Source: Tetramitus jugosus (taxonomy: Eukaryota > Protista > Heterolobosea). From it: a DNA stretch of 64,000 nt. How positions within the stretch are numbered: the first letter of the stretch is position 1; every line of letters starts with the position of its first letter. A program made the position numbers and the translations under genes. Below are positions 36,724 through 46,529 of the stretch, in pieces. Under the pieces are notes generated by a model. The model was given only the letters and a program-made list of their open reading frames with translations, was not told where the DNA came from and made no database searches. The DNA is taken from the NCBI GenBank assembly GCA_937625935.1, contig OW569371.1, positions 186,001 to 250,000 of the forward strand. Direction: 5' to 3'.

Positions 36724-37675
36724 TTAATAGTCAAAAGGGAGAGAACATTGCGCGACCATATTGTTGAGCATGGCTCGGGTGACATGATCGAGCACAATGT
36801 GGTTAGTGGAGCTGTCGCACTCGTTCATGAGTGCGACAAGCTTTGCATGGACTCTCTCGTCCTCTTGTCTGGCTCAACACCAGTTGTATTTGCCAACAAA
36901 ACTTCGCCAGGTGTTCAAGTCAATGCTCTTTAGTCAACAAGAGCTTGACATACAAGGAGAGATCTTTGAGGTGCTTGTCCGTTGTAAAGACACCCTTGTT
37001 CTCTCCAAAACGCAACAAGTAGCCACAGAATGTGATTTCTTGTTGAGGTACTAACAATGACTTGGAAGGATTGATCGGCAAACCATTTCTCTCAAGCGTC
37101 AATACTTGGTCCTGAAGCCTTTTTGCCAAATCTTCTTCACTATTGCTGAACAGAAGGAAATCATCCAAATAAACAACAGTTGACTCCTTAGAGAGAAAGG
37201 ATGTAACAGTTTGACAACATGCGGGCGCACACTTGATACCGAAGGGAACGCGCGTGAACTTGTACACCTTCTTTCTCCAAGAGATACAACAGTAGGCTTG
37301 ATAGTCAGGATGCAGTTTGATGTTGGTGTAGCAAGACTTGATGTCAACAGAGGCCACAAAGGAGTAGTTGTTGACCAATGAGACCAGATCACCCCTAGAT
37401 GGCAAACGACAGTCAGCATCAAGAATATATTTGTTCAGTTTGGTGAAGTCTAAGATATCTCTGGGGCGAGTAGCCTCTGCTTCACGAGGAATCATAACTA
37501 TGAAAGCAATAAACAATGTTTGTTCCATTGGAATCTCGATTAGAACACCACTGGAGACATATTCCTTGATTTTATCGTCCATACACCTATGGTGCTCAGG
37601 CTTTACCTTATTCAAGATGAAATGACGAAGCTTGGAGCGCATTTCTTCTTCATTGTTGTAGAACCTGATTGTCAT
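36724..37675 (-). pseudogene. DIRS/LTR-class reverse transcriptase, frameshifted in the thumb region, no RNase H
   Basis: ILDFTKLNK, SVDIKSCY, YKFTRVPFGIKCAP, VYLDDFLL, GLPINPSKS, ITFCGY; continues after a frameshift near 36925 as WRSFVGKYNWC* and ends at 36724. Confidence 0.85.
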
Positions 37676-38061
37676 CCCCTCTTGGATAATCTCAGAAGGG
37701 AGAGCACCTTTGGACCCTTTTTCCCCCTACACTGAACACCTTTGACAAGGTTTGTGCTAGGTTTTGCACTGTTCAGTTGAACCAATGCGCACTTCTCTTT
37801 TCGTGTCACCCCAGACCTTTCTTCATTAATTGGTTGATCCATAGTGTTCTTTCCTTTATGTTGCTCTTCGCTTGTCTCCTTAGAGCTTTTCTCCACACTC
37901 ATGCTTCGATCCATGACTCTCAGACACTCTCTCAATGTCATATCAGAGCCAACGTTCACCTCTCCGGCGTCAACGCTCCCCAAAGCACTCTGTATTTCCA
38001 TCATTGCACTCAATGCACTCAGCAAATGAAAACTTATAGTCTGCCACTGACCATGAGACAT
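37672..38061 (-). CDS. Small ORF upstream of the RT, coupled by an ATGA overlap
   Basis: Its TGA stop overlaps the RT ATG at 37672-37675; no recognisable motif. Confidence 0.4.
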   Translation of the reverse strand: MSHGQWQTISFHLLSALSAMMEIQSALGSVDAGEVNVGSDMTLRECLRVMDRSMSVEKSSKETSEEQHKGKNTMDQPINEERSGVTRKEKCALVQLNSAKPSTNLVKGVQCRGKKGPKVLSLLRLSKRG

Positions 38062-38234
38062 GTTAAAGTACCTCTTGTCTTGCTGTTTGTCTTTGTTTTT
38101 TTTTGTTGATCTATTGAACCTCGACCCATCATGACATCAATCCATCACAAACATCAAGCTATAAAAACAAAAAATAAAACAAGACACTACCACGTTAACT
38201 CAATAATAACTATTTGATTTCTTTTGTTTGTTCA

Positions 38235-38669
38235 ATGATTCAGTGTTTTATTACAGTCAATGGTAAGGTGACAAATTATGCACACCTAAAGAAGATAGGG
38301 GAGTGCATTTATGTGCTATCATCAAATGAATGCAACGGCTCAAAATTAGGACAGAGCAGAAATGTTCACAAGAGACTGAAGAAGCTACGGGGCAAGGTGC
38401 TAGTATTGGAACTTTATTTGGATGTGATTGAATTGCGAAACTGTCGTAAGTGGGAGAGATTTATACACAGTTGGCTCAGACATGAACTGATCGCCGGGGA
38501 AGTGTTCAACATGAGCCGTGAATTTGCCCTGGAAAGCGTGGGACGTTGTTTGAAGATTGGACACCAATGCATTGCTTCCAGTCCGCTCAAGATATTTTTC
38601 TCTTTTTGCACTTTAAATGCATACAATGTGGGCCTACTAATCGAAAAGATGGGAGCAACAACAATATGA
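38235..38669 (+). CDS. T5orf172/MUG113-like GIY-YIG superfamily protein
   Basis: ECIYVL..SKLGQSRNVHKRLKKL...ERFIHSWLRHELIAGEVFN follows the T5orf172 pattern (IY..KIG.S..V..RL..L...E..IH..L......GEWF). Confidence 0.65.
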   Translation: MIQCFITVNGKVTNYAHLKKIGECIYVLSSNECNGSKLGQSRNVHKRLKKLRGKVLVLELYLDVIELRNCRKWERFIHSWLRHELIAGEVFNMSREFALESVGRCLKIGHQCIASSPLKIFFSFCTLNAYNVGLLIEKMGATTI

Positions 38670-38806
38670 GAAGATGGATTTTAAATTTGTCCCAGCACTG
38701 GGGCAATAACCGTTTGAACAATGCTCTAAGGGAGATATAATAAACATAAGTTAACATATAGACATATATATATAAATTAGGAATTTGAAATCGGGTCCTC
38801 TTTTTG

Positions 38807-38904
38807 ACAAAAAAAAACAAAAACCAGCCGAGGAAAAAATGAACACACACCTGCTGTTCGTGAGTATGAGAATCCCCACTTTGCTGTGTGGACCACAACC
38901 AAGT
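38807..38904 (+). repeat. Diverged direct repeat of the 5' region of the ORF1 element (35156-35254)
   Basis: Both copies share ACAAAAAAAAACAAAA..GCCGA.GAAAAAA.GAACACACACC..TGTTCG.GAGTATGAGAATCC...TGCTGTGTGGACCACA. Confidence 0.85.
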
Positions 38905-38958
38905 AGCAGTTTCGGAATTGTAAACGGCCGAATAATGGACAAGAATTCTCCCTATACA

Positions 38959-38994
38959 CCTCTGATAGCTCAGATGGTAGAGCATGAGACTGTA
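38959..38994 (+). pseudogene. tRNA-Tyr 5' half (nt 1-36, ends at the anticodon)
   Basis: CCTCTGATAGCTCAGATGGTAGAGCATGAGACTGTA is identical to the 5' half of the gene at 41545-42994; about 50 bp of upstream flank is also shared. Confidence 0.85.
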
Positions 38995-40092
38995 TAGGAA
39001 AAACTTTGAACCGTACACTAGTCCAGGAGACCCTGTGCGTGGTTGAGCGACTGGACTACTCAGTGGTTGAGTAAGCATGGATTGATTGATGGCTATCTAT
39101 TTGGCTATGTTAATGGACAAATAATACGACTGGTCTTTTTTGAATCGTCTACACAACCGCATGGTTAAGTCGACGGTCAACATTGTGGAACAATAGATCA
39201 ATATGTACTTCTACTAGTCGAGTCCATCATACTTTTACAAAGAATTGTTCAATAATCAGATCATCTCCTATTGAACAAGTACATCTATGGATCACTACAG
39301 TAGATATGTCTTGGTACGATATATTTTGCCTTTGCGCTTTATCACTTGCTCTTTGCCTGTTTCAATCTTCTCTGCAGATATAATAAAATTTTTATTGTTG
39401 ACATCCTTTCTCAGCATAGTTCTGAATAATCCAAATTTCTCGTTTTTCAAAATGGTAGTTGAATATAGGGATCATATCTACTGGCATAGGTCTCAAAAAT
39501 ATTCTTTCCATACTTATCGACGAATTCAGATCCTCGAGGTACAGGCGTTTCGTTTGCATTGTAATCATTAATGATTTCTTTGAGGTCTTCATTGATGGAC
39601 CTCCAATATTTACCCACTAGATCACATTTTACTTGGTTAGGACGATGCATACTTCTCATTTGAAGGAGAATTTTGTTGATGAGAAACACCACGTACCGGT
39701 ACCTTCCCAGGTTGAAGTGGTACAGCATGTCTTGCTAAATCATTATTTAACATTGTGTGATCAGTTGATTTTGATCGAAACGTTGAAAATTAAAATACAT
39801 TCAATCTTCTCTCAATCTAAAAATTTCTTACTTTCAACAACATCAAAAGATAATGCAAGTAGAATCAAAGGTGATAGCCTGAAGATTCCTTTTTAAATTG
39901 TTCTGAGTCAGTGATTTGTGATGATCCATGTCCTACTGTCAAAGAAACTACGAGTCAGTTAGAAAATTATGAAGAGAGTGTCATTGAGTCGCTCCTGAAG
40001 CAAGCCGTTCCACATAGTTGAGTTTCACATTTTAAGATTTTAATTTATACAAGGACAGTGGGGATATTTACCATCTAATAATTCTTGGATCA

Positions 40093-40634
40093 TTGTATTG
40101 TAAACCAGTCGCCAAAAATGTTATCACATCACAAATTTTCCGAAAAAAAATGTCAATAGTTGATACAACCAAGGTATACCATTGCAAGCAATGCGATACA
40201 AAAATTTTGAGTTGCTGTTTATGTGGTGCGAGTAGACGAGGAAATGTGACCAAGAGGTTTCTATGGAACTATTGTTGGGTAATGAACCCTTGCTTGCCAC
40301 AGGTCAGAGAGGGATATTATCAAACTAACACACGCACCAAGAACTTTACAAGAAGCCAATGTTCGAGTTCATCAGATTCCCTGGGTGCGCGGATCTTTTG
40401 GCTGATATTTACACGTCGATTTTACACAAACAAATTCAAGGACATTGTTTTTTTTATTACTTCAAGGTTCTGTGGTTGGATGGATCCTATTCATGGGAAC
40501 CTTTGCCCAACATTGATCAAGAGAGTTTAAAGGAGTATATGAGAGAAAAGAATCTCTCTGATGAGCTTCCACCCCTTCCTCAGACAAGAACAAGCTTTCA
40601 AGAAGATGAAGACAGCGAGAACGATCAAGAATAA
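40093..40634 (+). pseudogene. Degenerate Cys-rich plus chromodomain-like gene
   Basis: CKQC..CCLC in one frame; YYFKVLWLDGSYSWEPLPNI (chromodomain-like) in a shifted frame. Confidence 0.45.
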
Positions 40635-41147
40635 TTGTAAATAAAAAAATTTGTATTTATAATTTGCTATTGTCGGTTGGTTTGGTTGGTTTTGTCGGTT
40701 GGTTTTCATCATTCTTTTTGTTGCAAAACAGAGAAAACAAATCAATTCATCGAGGATCACTCCACAATCATCAATTGTTCTTTTTCCCATCAACAAGTGT
40801 AAAGGTAGTTCTTTAGTGTTGCTTCTCACAACTAACTAATTTTGTCATACTATAGGCGGTATAGGATACTATGGGGAGTCAACAATTTTTTGGAAAGAAT
40901 CGTGTTATGTTTCTTTTACTACAATCATTGGTCGTCGAGTTGAAACCATTCAAACGGGCCTTTCTTTTAGAAACAAAAAACCTGTTAAAATGAAGCCAGG
41001 AAAGACCAATAACCAAGAAATCAAATATTTAAATCAAATGAATTATTTACAATTGTGGGTTACTCCCGAAGAGCTGATGGAGGTAATGCAGACTACAAAA
41101 GCCTCGAGGAAGATGTGGATGACACTCTCAGTAACTTAAAACTCCAA

Positions 41148-41175
41148 GGTCTTAAGCCCTACTGAGCTATCAAGG
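41148..41175 (-). pseudogene. Degenerate inverted tRNA-Tyr-like 5' fragment
   Basis: Reverse complement CCTTGATAGCTCAGTAGGGCTTAAGACC aligns with gaps to CCTCTGATAGCTCAGATGGTAGAGCATGAGAC. Confidence 0.5.
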
Positions 41176-41544
41176 TTATAAATGCAACAGTTCTCGGTAA
41201 GCTAAGGTATTTCTCGGCACTGGGAGATGTTGGCGATAAAGTGCTTTAATAGCTCGAGATGATCTTTATTTGCCGATAACCTGTTGCATGTTCGCACAAT
41301 CGGTCGAGGGTTAGTCTATCCTCTAACTCATCTAGAGGACCGTTCACATCCAAGGCATGGGAGCGTCCAGATATTATATTCACATCTGACCCCCTCCCTG
41401 CCTGTTTTGAATAAATTTGAATAACACTTTTTCTTGTAAATTCAAACGTCACATTAATTCTCCAAATTTGTTGAACCAGACACGTGACGCAGTTTTTTTA
41501 GTTGTAAACGGCCGAATAAATGGACAAGAATTTTCCTCTGTACA

Positions 41545-42994
41545 CCTCTGATAGCTCAGATGGTAGCCCGAATAAAACGTGGGAACCTGACTATGAGAGA
41601 TCAGGTCATGAGTCAGGTGCTGCCTAATTCGACACAAAAGTCGGGAATTGACTCGAAAACAACAACTGCCGACTCCGGTGTTAACTCCATCAGAAAGTTG
41701 GGAATACCACTCAGGTACTGACTCACACGAAGTACACCACTGAACCATGAGTTAAGTGAAAAAACAGCAAGTCAACTGAGTCGATATTTTAGCCCGATCT
41801 CTCTCTCAACTGCTAATCACAACCAACCGCTTTGAATTTGTCGAAGTCGGTTTGTTTCCAACAAACCGAACACAACTAACCCAAACGCAACTGCTTCAAG
41901 CAACAAAAAGTTTTTAAGTTGGGATACAAACTCCCTTATTGATCTCAAAACGTGTGATCACAACGGCTAAAGAAACATTTACCAAGAAGCATATTGTTAC
42001 TCCTGCGGCTCCATCCACTGAGCAAGTTCTGACACAAGGAACAGGTGTTGAACAAACAGATCAAGAAAGAGTTGAGACTGAATACTGGTAAGTTTGTTCT
42101 TTTTATTTATGTTTCGATCACTTGTGATTTTCTGAATTTTCAAAGGAGTTAGGAGTGACTTACTTGCTGGAGAATGATGAAGCAATGCCTGCTTTGAAAT
42201 TTGGGGACAGGATGTTGAATAGTGCCAAAACAGAAATGCTCAATGAATTAGGTCAGTATCATTTTTCTTTGCTGTTAATTGTTGATGTAATTTACCCTCC
42301 TTTTTCACAGTGCAGAGCTGTCGTCGAACAACAAAGAAAACTGTACATGGTATGTCGAACTGCAGTTTGTGTTTGTACCTGCTACTTACAACTTCTTTCC
42401 TACATCTTGTGTTTGTTTGTTGCGGAATTGTTGCTTTGGTGGTATGAACTTGAGCTCTTTTGATCGCTCTCGCACCTTGCTCAAAATCGTCGGAGAAATA
42501 ATGATCAACCACCTGACGAGGAGTCTCCTTGATCAAACTTGCGGAGATAAAGTACAAAGATCAGTGATTACCCACTTGCCATGATGAGAGTTTTCTTGGG
42601 AATCTGTTCGGTTGATTTTGATTCACGAAAAATATTCATAATAAAAGTTTTCTTCATTCTCTCTCTACAAGATTACAAGAATTTTTTGGTCCCTCACTCG
42701 CCCTGTTTCTCCTTGTTAGCCGCCTGATGTTGACTTGGGTCATGAGTTTGCACAGGACACAATACCTGACTTGAGCAAGTCGGCACCTGAAAATGAATGG
42801 CAACTTGGACCACTGCAGATGGTTGGTTTGTACCTGACTCCAGTGCTGACTCTGGGATAGTCAGCACCGGACTTGATCCGAGTCAGGATCTGGCGCAACG
42901 AAAGTCAGGTGCTGGTTGCCTCATGTGATTTTTTATTCGGGAGAGCATGAGACTGTAGATCTTGTGGTCGCGTGTTCGAGTCACGCTCGGAGGA
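41545..42994 (+). tRNA. tRNA-Tyr (GTA), intronless, split in the D-loop by a DNA transposon
   Basis: 41545-41566 joined to 42944-42994 gives CCTCTGATAGCTCAGATGGTAGAGCATGAGACTGTAGATCTTGTGGTCGCGTGTTCGAGTCACGCTCGGAGGA, a complete cloverleaf. Confidence 0.9.
41567..42941. mobile_element. Non-autonomous TIR DNA transposon (CACTA/CMC-like), 1375 bp
   Basis: 11-bp TIR CCCGAATAAAA..TTTTATTCGGG; 2-bp TSD AG; subterminal ACCTGACT/AGTCAGGT repeats at both ends; only decayed ORFs inside. Confidence 0.85.
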
Positions 42995-43533
42995 ACATTT
43001 TGCTGTCGCTTTGCAGTTTTTGGTCCAGCCAGTTCCGACTTATTAACTTAGTATCGTATTCTGTTCTCTGAAGATTGACAATATCTTATTCTCCGTAATA
43101 CTTCATGAAACAAGAGACAGTACTGTAAGCGGAAAAGAAGAGTAAGACCGTGTCATAGATGTCAACATCAATCTATTGATATTTGATGGATTGGTTGGAA
43201 GTAACGCTGAGGTGAATGTAATGGTAGAGTGCAAGAATCTTCTTGTAAGGATCGTCAGGTAGTAGTTGTTAAATTAGGCAGGGATAAGGAGGTTGGGCAT
43301 GTTAACAGAGGATTACAACGTAAAGACCACACCAAGAAAGGAGGAATTGGATTCAATGTCACCAGCATCAGGTACATAGTTACCGATGCAAATCACTACT
43401 TGATATTGCTCTGTGTTTAATTTATTAATGTGTTGTTCGTCGAAATTGATATTTGATGTAATCGGCTGTGCACACTGGAGCCACCGAAAAATGAGTTGCA
43501 CTGTACACCTATTTGAAGTCAGTTCTTTCAATC

Positions 43534-46392
43534 TTAAATCTTATCATTATCGTCATCTGACTCATTGACGGCCATCTGAATTGTCGACTGGGCAATGTTG
43601 TATTCTTGGAGCTCTTCCTCATTGAGTCTCTCTTCATTCTTCTGTGTATCAGGTTGTCTCACAAGATCGAACTCCGATTCGTTCTCTTCTGCATTCATGA
43701 ATAGATCCACAGCTTCATCGTACTCATCATATTCATCATCATCATCATAAGGCATAAAACCCTGGAAGCCATTGATGCGAGAGTACTCTACTCGATCCTT
43801 CGTAACCTTGAAGTAACCAACCATGGCAAGCATAATAACAACAGATACGCCCGATAATGCAGACATGACAATAATAGTAACCCAAGCCCCGTTACCTTCG
43901 TCCCACACTTTACAATCATAGCCAGTGTAGCCTGCTTTGCACTTGCACTCATTGAAACGAACACAAGATCCTTGTTCACCAGAACACACTTCAGCTCTGT
44001 TGGAAGACACACCAAAGCACCAAGTATTTTGACACTCGCTTCCAAAGTATCTACTGTCACAAGAACAGTTATTGTTAGCGACACAAAATCCGTGACCACT
44101 GCACACCGTTTCTTCATCACTCTCAACACCATAACAACCATAAATTGTGATATTCTTCCTCGATTCGCACAAAGATCCCTCATATCCTCTGAGACAAACT
44201 TTACAGCCCTTGTTGTAGTCGAAATGATTGAGACAATATTGGCACTGAGCACCATCCCAATAACCATTGTTTTGATCTCTTCCACATTGACACTCTCCGT
44301 CTTTACATTTTCCGTGATGACTACACACCTCCTCACGATTTGAAGGTATGCCAAAGCAGTACGATCCCGATGATTTCACCTTTTCTGTACAATTTTTCCC
44401 TTGCCACCCATTCTGACACTTCTGGCATCTTAAATTCTCATCATAGTTTCCCAAGCACTTGTCACACTTTTCGCCAGTCCAGAAGCCATTCTCAAAATCA
44501 GCATCACATTTGCACTTGTTGTCCCCCACACATTCTCCATGACCACTGCAGACACTATCAAGCGAGCTCTTCACATTATAGCAAGAGTATTCCTTCTTTC
44601 TCGTTGTACATCCAGATTTTGGATCTTCGTAATTCTTAGCGCATTTTGAGCATGATCCAGTCTGATCAATGTCCCAGAATCCCTTGGCGTGTGATCTATC
44701 GCAGCTACATAACCCAGAATCTTGACAGGATCCATGGCCACAGAAAGGGAAACACTTTGAATCATCAGACTTAAACTCAACCCTTACCAAACGCACGTTG
44801 GCTCCATCCGATACGAATAACAGAGCAGTCTCTTCTGAATATTTGCTCGCTAGGGCTGTTATCTTCTTGATTGAGCTGCCAGAAGATGAGATTTGCGACA
44901 ACACTCTCGAAGCTGGATTGATGTATCCTAATGTACAATTAGAAGACCCTGGGCAATACTCTACAAGGACAGTACTTCCAATCGCCTTCAAGAAACGTAT
45001 AGAGTTCAACTTCTCTTCCTCCACTTGGGCAAACAGAGGCAAAACAATTTTAACATTGAAATCAGAATCAGGATACTCCAATATCTGACGCTTGTTATCC
45101 AATAGAATGTAGAGAGATGTCAATGACTCCAACACATCCAAAGCCTTTGGCTGCTCCAAATCCATAAAAGCATCATAGGTTAATAGTGCCTCAAGAGATT
45201 TTCCATTTGTGCGATACAATCGAATCGTATTATCACGGCGATCGATCGTGTTGAAAACGTAGTACTCTGAATGAAGCAGAACAGAGAGACCATCCGCTGG
45301 CACTTCTTGACTAGTAGGTAATTGAATCACCACTTGAATGTTTTGTGGTTTTCCTTTGCTTCCATCAGGATCCACAAAAATATTGGTAGGAATGGTGATA
45401 ACTGCAGAATATGATGAGCGCATCCGAATCACAAACAAATAAGCTGTCTCTAGTGTCTCCAACAAGCTATTGCCTCCACCTGCAGTGCTCAATACGTCAT
45501 CTATCTTTACATTTGGTGATTTCTCTTTTAGGTGATAAAAAGCGACACGAGGAGAAGGTTCTGTGGCTTCCTCGGGTGCAATTTGGACCAACAATCCTAA
45601 TGGCTCAGATTCATTCTGTACCAAGGGAAACACAATCTGTTGAATCCTCTCTAATCCGAACGGTATCAATGTTGGCTCCAAATTCAATTTCACAATCATC
45701 AATTTCACAAATTTCTTGCGTTCATCAGTTTCGGACATGTCTCTCACAGAGAACACCAATTGACCATCATGTTTTCTTTGTGAAAATTGTTCAATCTTGA
45801 ACTGCCGTGCTCCATTCAACTCTTTCATCTCAACATCACTACTACCACTGGTATCATCAAATGATGAAAATGCCTCCGTCACATTCAACGTCCACAATGT
45901 ACAATACAGAGAATCATCATCCTTGGCAGATTCAGTCACATTTCGAACAATTGCACTCACAAACAATAAATGAGAAGGTTGTTGTTCCATTGTACCAACA
46001 AATGCACAAAACTTTTGCAACTGGAAAGGTTCTGGTAATGAAACTTTGTGAATTTTCTCTTCTTCATTATTGGCAGTAGTGGTGGATTTTGACATCCACT
46101 GTACGTAATGAATCTCTGATTTTTCAATTGCAAAAAAAGTGAGACTCTTTTTTTCACTGGGTAGTGTGATCGTGTATTGAGGTATGCTCGATGATGACTT
46201 GTATTGTTCAAGTACAGTAGGATGATAGGAACGATCAGAATATTCATGTTGATTTCTAATGGTCAATGAATCTTTGAATGAAAACATGTTTTTGTTGTTG
46301 TCATTGTCATTGTTGTTCTTGGGAGAGACTGTTGTGGTCAATAGAACAAGAAGGAGCAGAAAGAAGATTGTTGTTGTCGTTGATTGGATCAT
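43534..46392 (-). CDS. Type I membrane protein with EGF/laminin-EGF-like repeats
   Basis: Signal peptide from ATG 46392; repeated CSGHGxC..CxC..GxxC; TM WVTIIVMSALSGVSVVIMLAMVGYF; acidic tail. Confidence 0.85.
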   Translation of the reverse strand: MIQSTTTTIFFLLLLVLLTTTVSPKNNNDNDNNKNMFSFKDSLTIRNQHEYSDRSYHPTVLEQYKSSSSIPQYTITLPSEKKSLTFFAIEKSEIHYVQWMSKSTTTANNEEEKIHKVSLPEPFQLQKFCAFVGTMEQQPSHLLFVSAIVRNVTESAKDDDSLYCTLWTLNVTEAFSSFDDTSGSSDVEMKELNGARQFKIEQFSQRKHDGQLVFSVRDMSETDERKKFVKLMIVKLNLEPTLIPFGLERIQQIVFPLVQNESEPLGLLVQIAPEEATEPSPRVAFYHLKEKSPNVKIDDVLSTAGGGNSLLETLETAYLFVIRMRSSYSAVITIPTNIFVDPDGSKGKPQNIQVVIQLPTSQEVPADGLSVLLHSEYYVFNTIDRRDNTIRLYRTNGKSLEALLTYDAFMDLEQPKALDVLESLTSLYILLDNKRQILEYPDSDFNVKIVLPLFAQVEEEKLNSIRFLKAIGSTVLVEYCPGSSNCTLGYINPASRVLSQISSSGSSIKKITALASKYSEETALLFVSDGANVRLVRVEFKSDDSKCFPFCGHGSCQDSGLCSCDRSHAKGFWDIDQTGSCSKCAKNYEDPKSGCTTRKKEYSCYNVKSSLDSVCSGHGECVGDNKCKCDADFENGFWTGEKCDKCLGNYDENLRCQKCQNGWQGKNCTEKVKSSGSYCFGIPSNREEVCSHHGKCKDGECQCGRDQNNGYWDGAQCQYCLNHFDYNKGCKVCLRGYEGSLCESRKNITIYGCYGVESDEETVCSGHGFCVANNNCSCDSRYFGSECQNTWCFGVSSNRAEVCSGEQGSCVRFNECKCKAGYTGYDCKVWDEGNGAWVTIIVMSALSGVSVVIMLAMVGYFKVTKDRVEYSRINGFQGFMPYDDDDEYDEYDEAVDLFMNAEENESEFDLVRQPDTQKNEERLNEEELQEYNIAQSTIQMAVNESDDDNDKI

Positions 46393-46529
46393 GGTTGTGT
46401 TGAGTGTGATCTTGTCTCTGCTGTTTTTTTCTTCTTTCTTTTTTGATTGATGTTCAAAGAGGGAAAATATTCGAATCTCCCGCCAAAAAGTCACCTACGG
46501 ATCCAATTCACAAAAAAGAAAATGGGGAA

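Noticed and set aside
36593-38707. Terminal inverted repeats around the RT/nuclease block (TTGCCCAGTAGCTG vs CAGCACTGGGGCAA)
   Set aside because: Short and gapped; compatible with chance
36724-38904. DGR, retron or CRISPR-associated RT system
   Set aside because: RT motifs are DIRS/LTR class; the 100-bp repeat pair shows no adenine-specific differences; no repeat-spacer array in the window
38959-42994. One tRNA-Tyr with a 4-kb intron, or a trans-spliced split tRNA
   Set aside because: Many T-runs would stop Pol III; no complementary leader/trailer seen; nested insertions explain the layout
43000-43530. ORF fragments downstream of tRNA-Tyr
   Set aside because: Many stops and no recognisable motif
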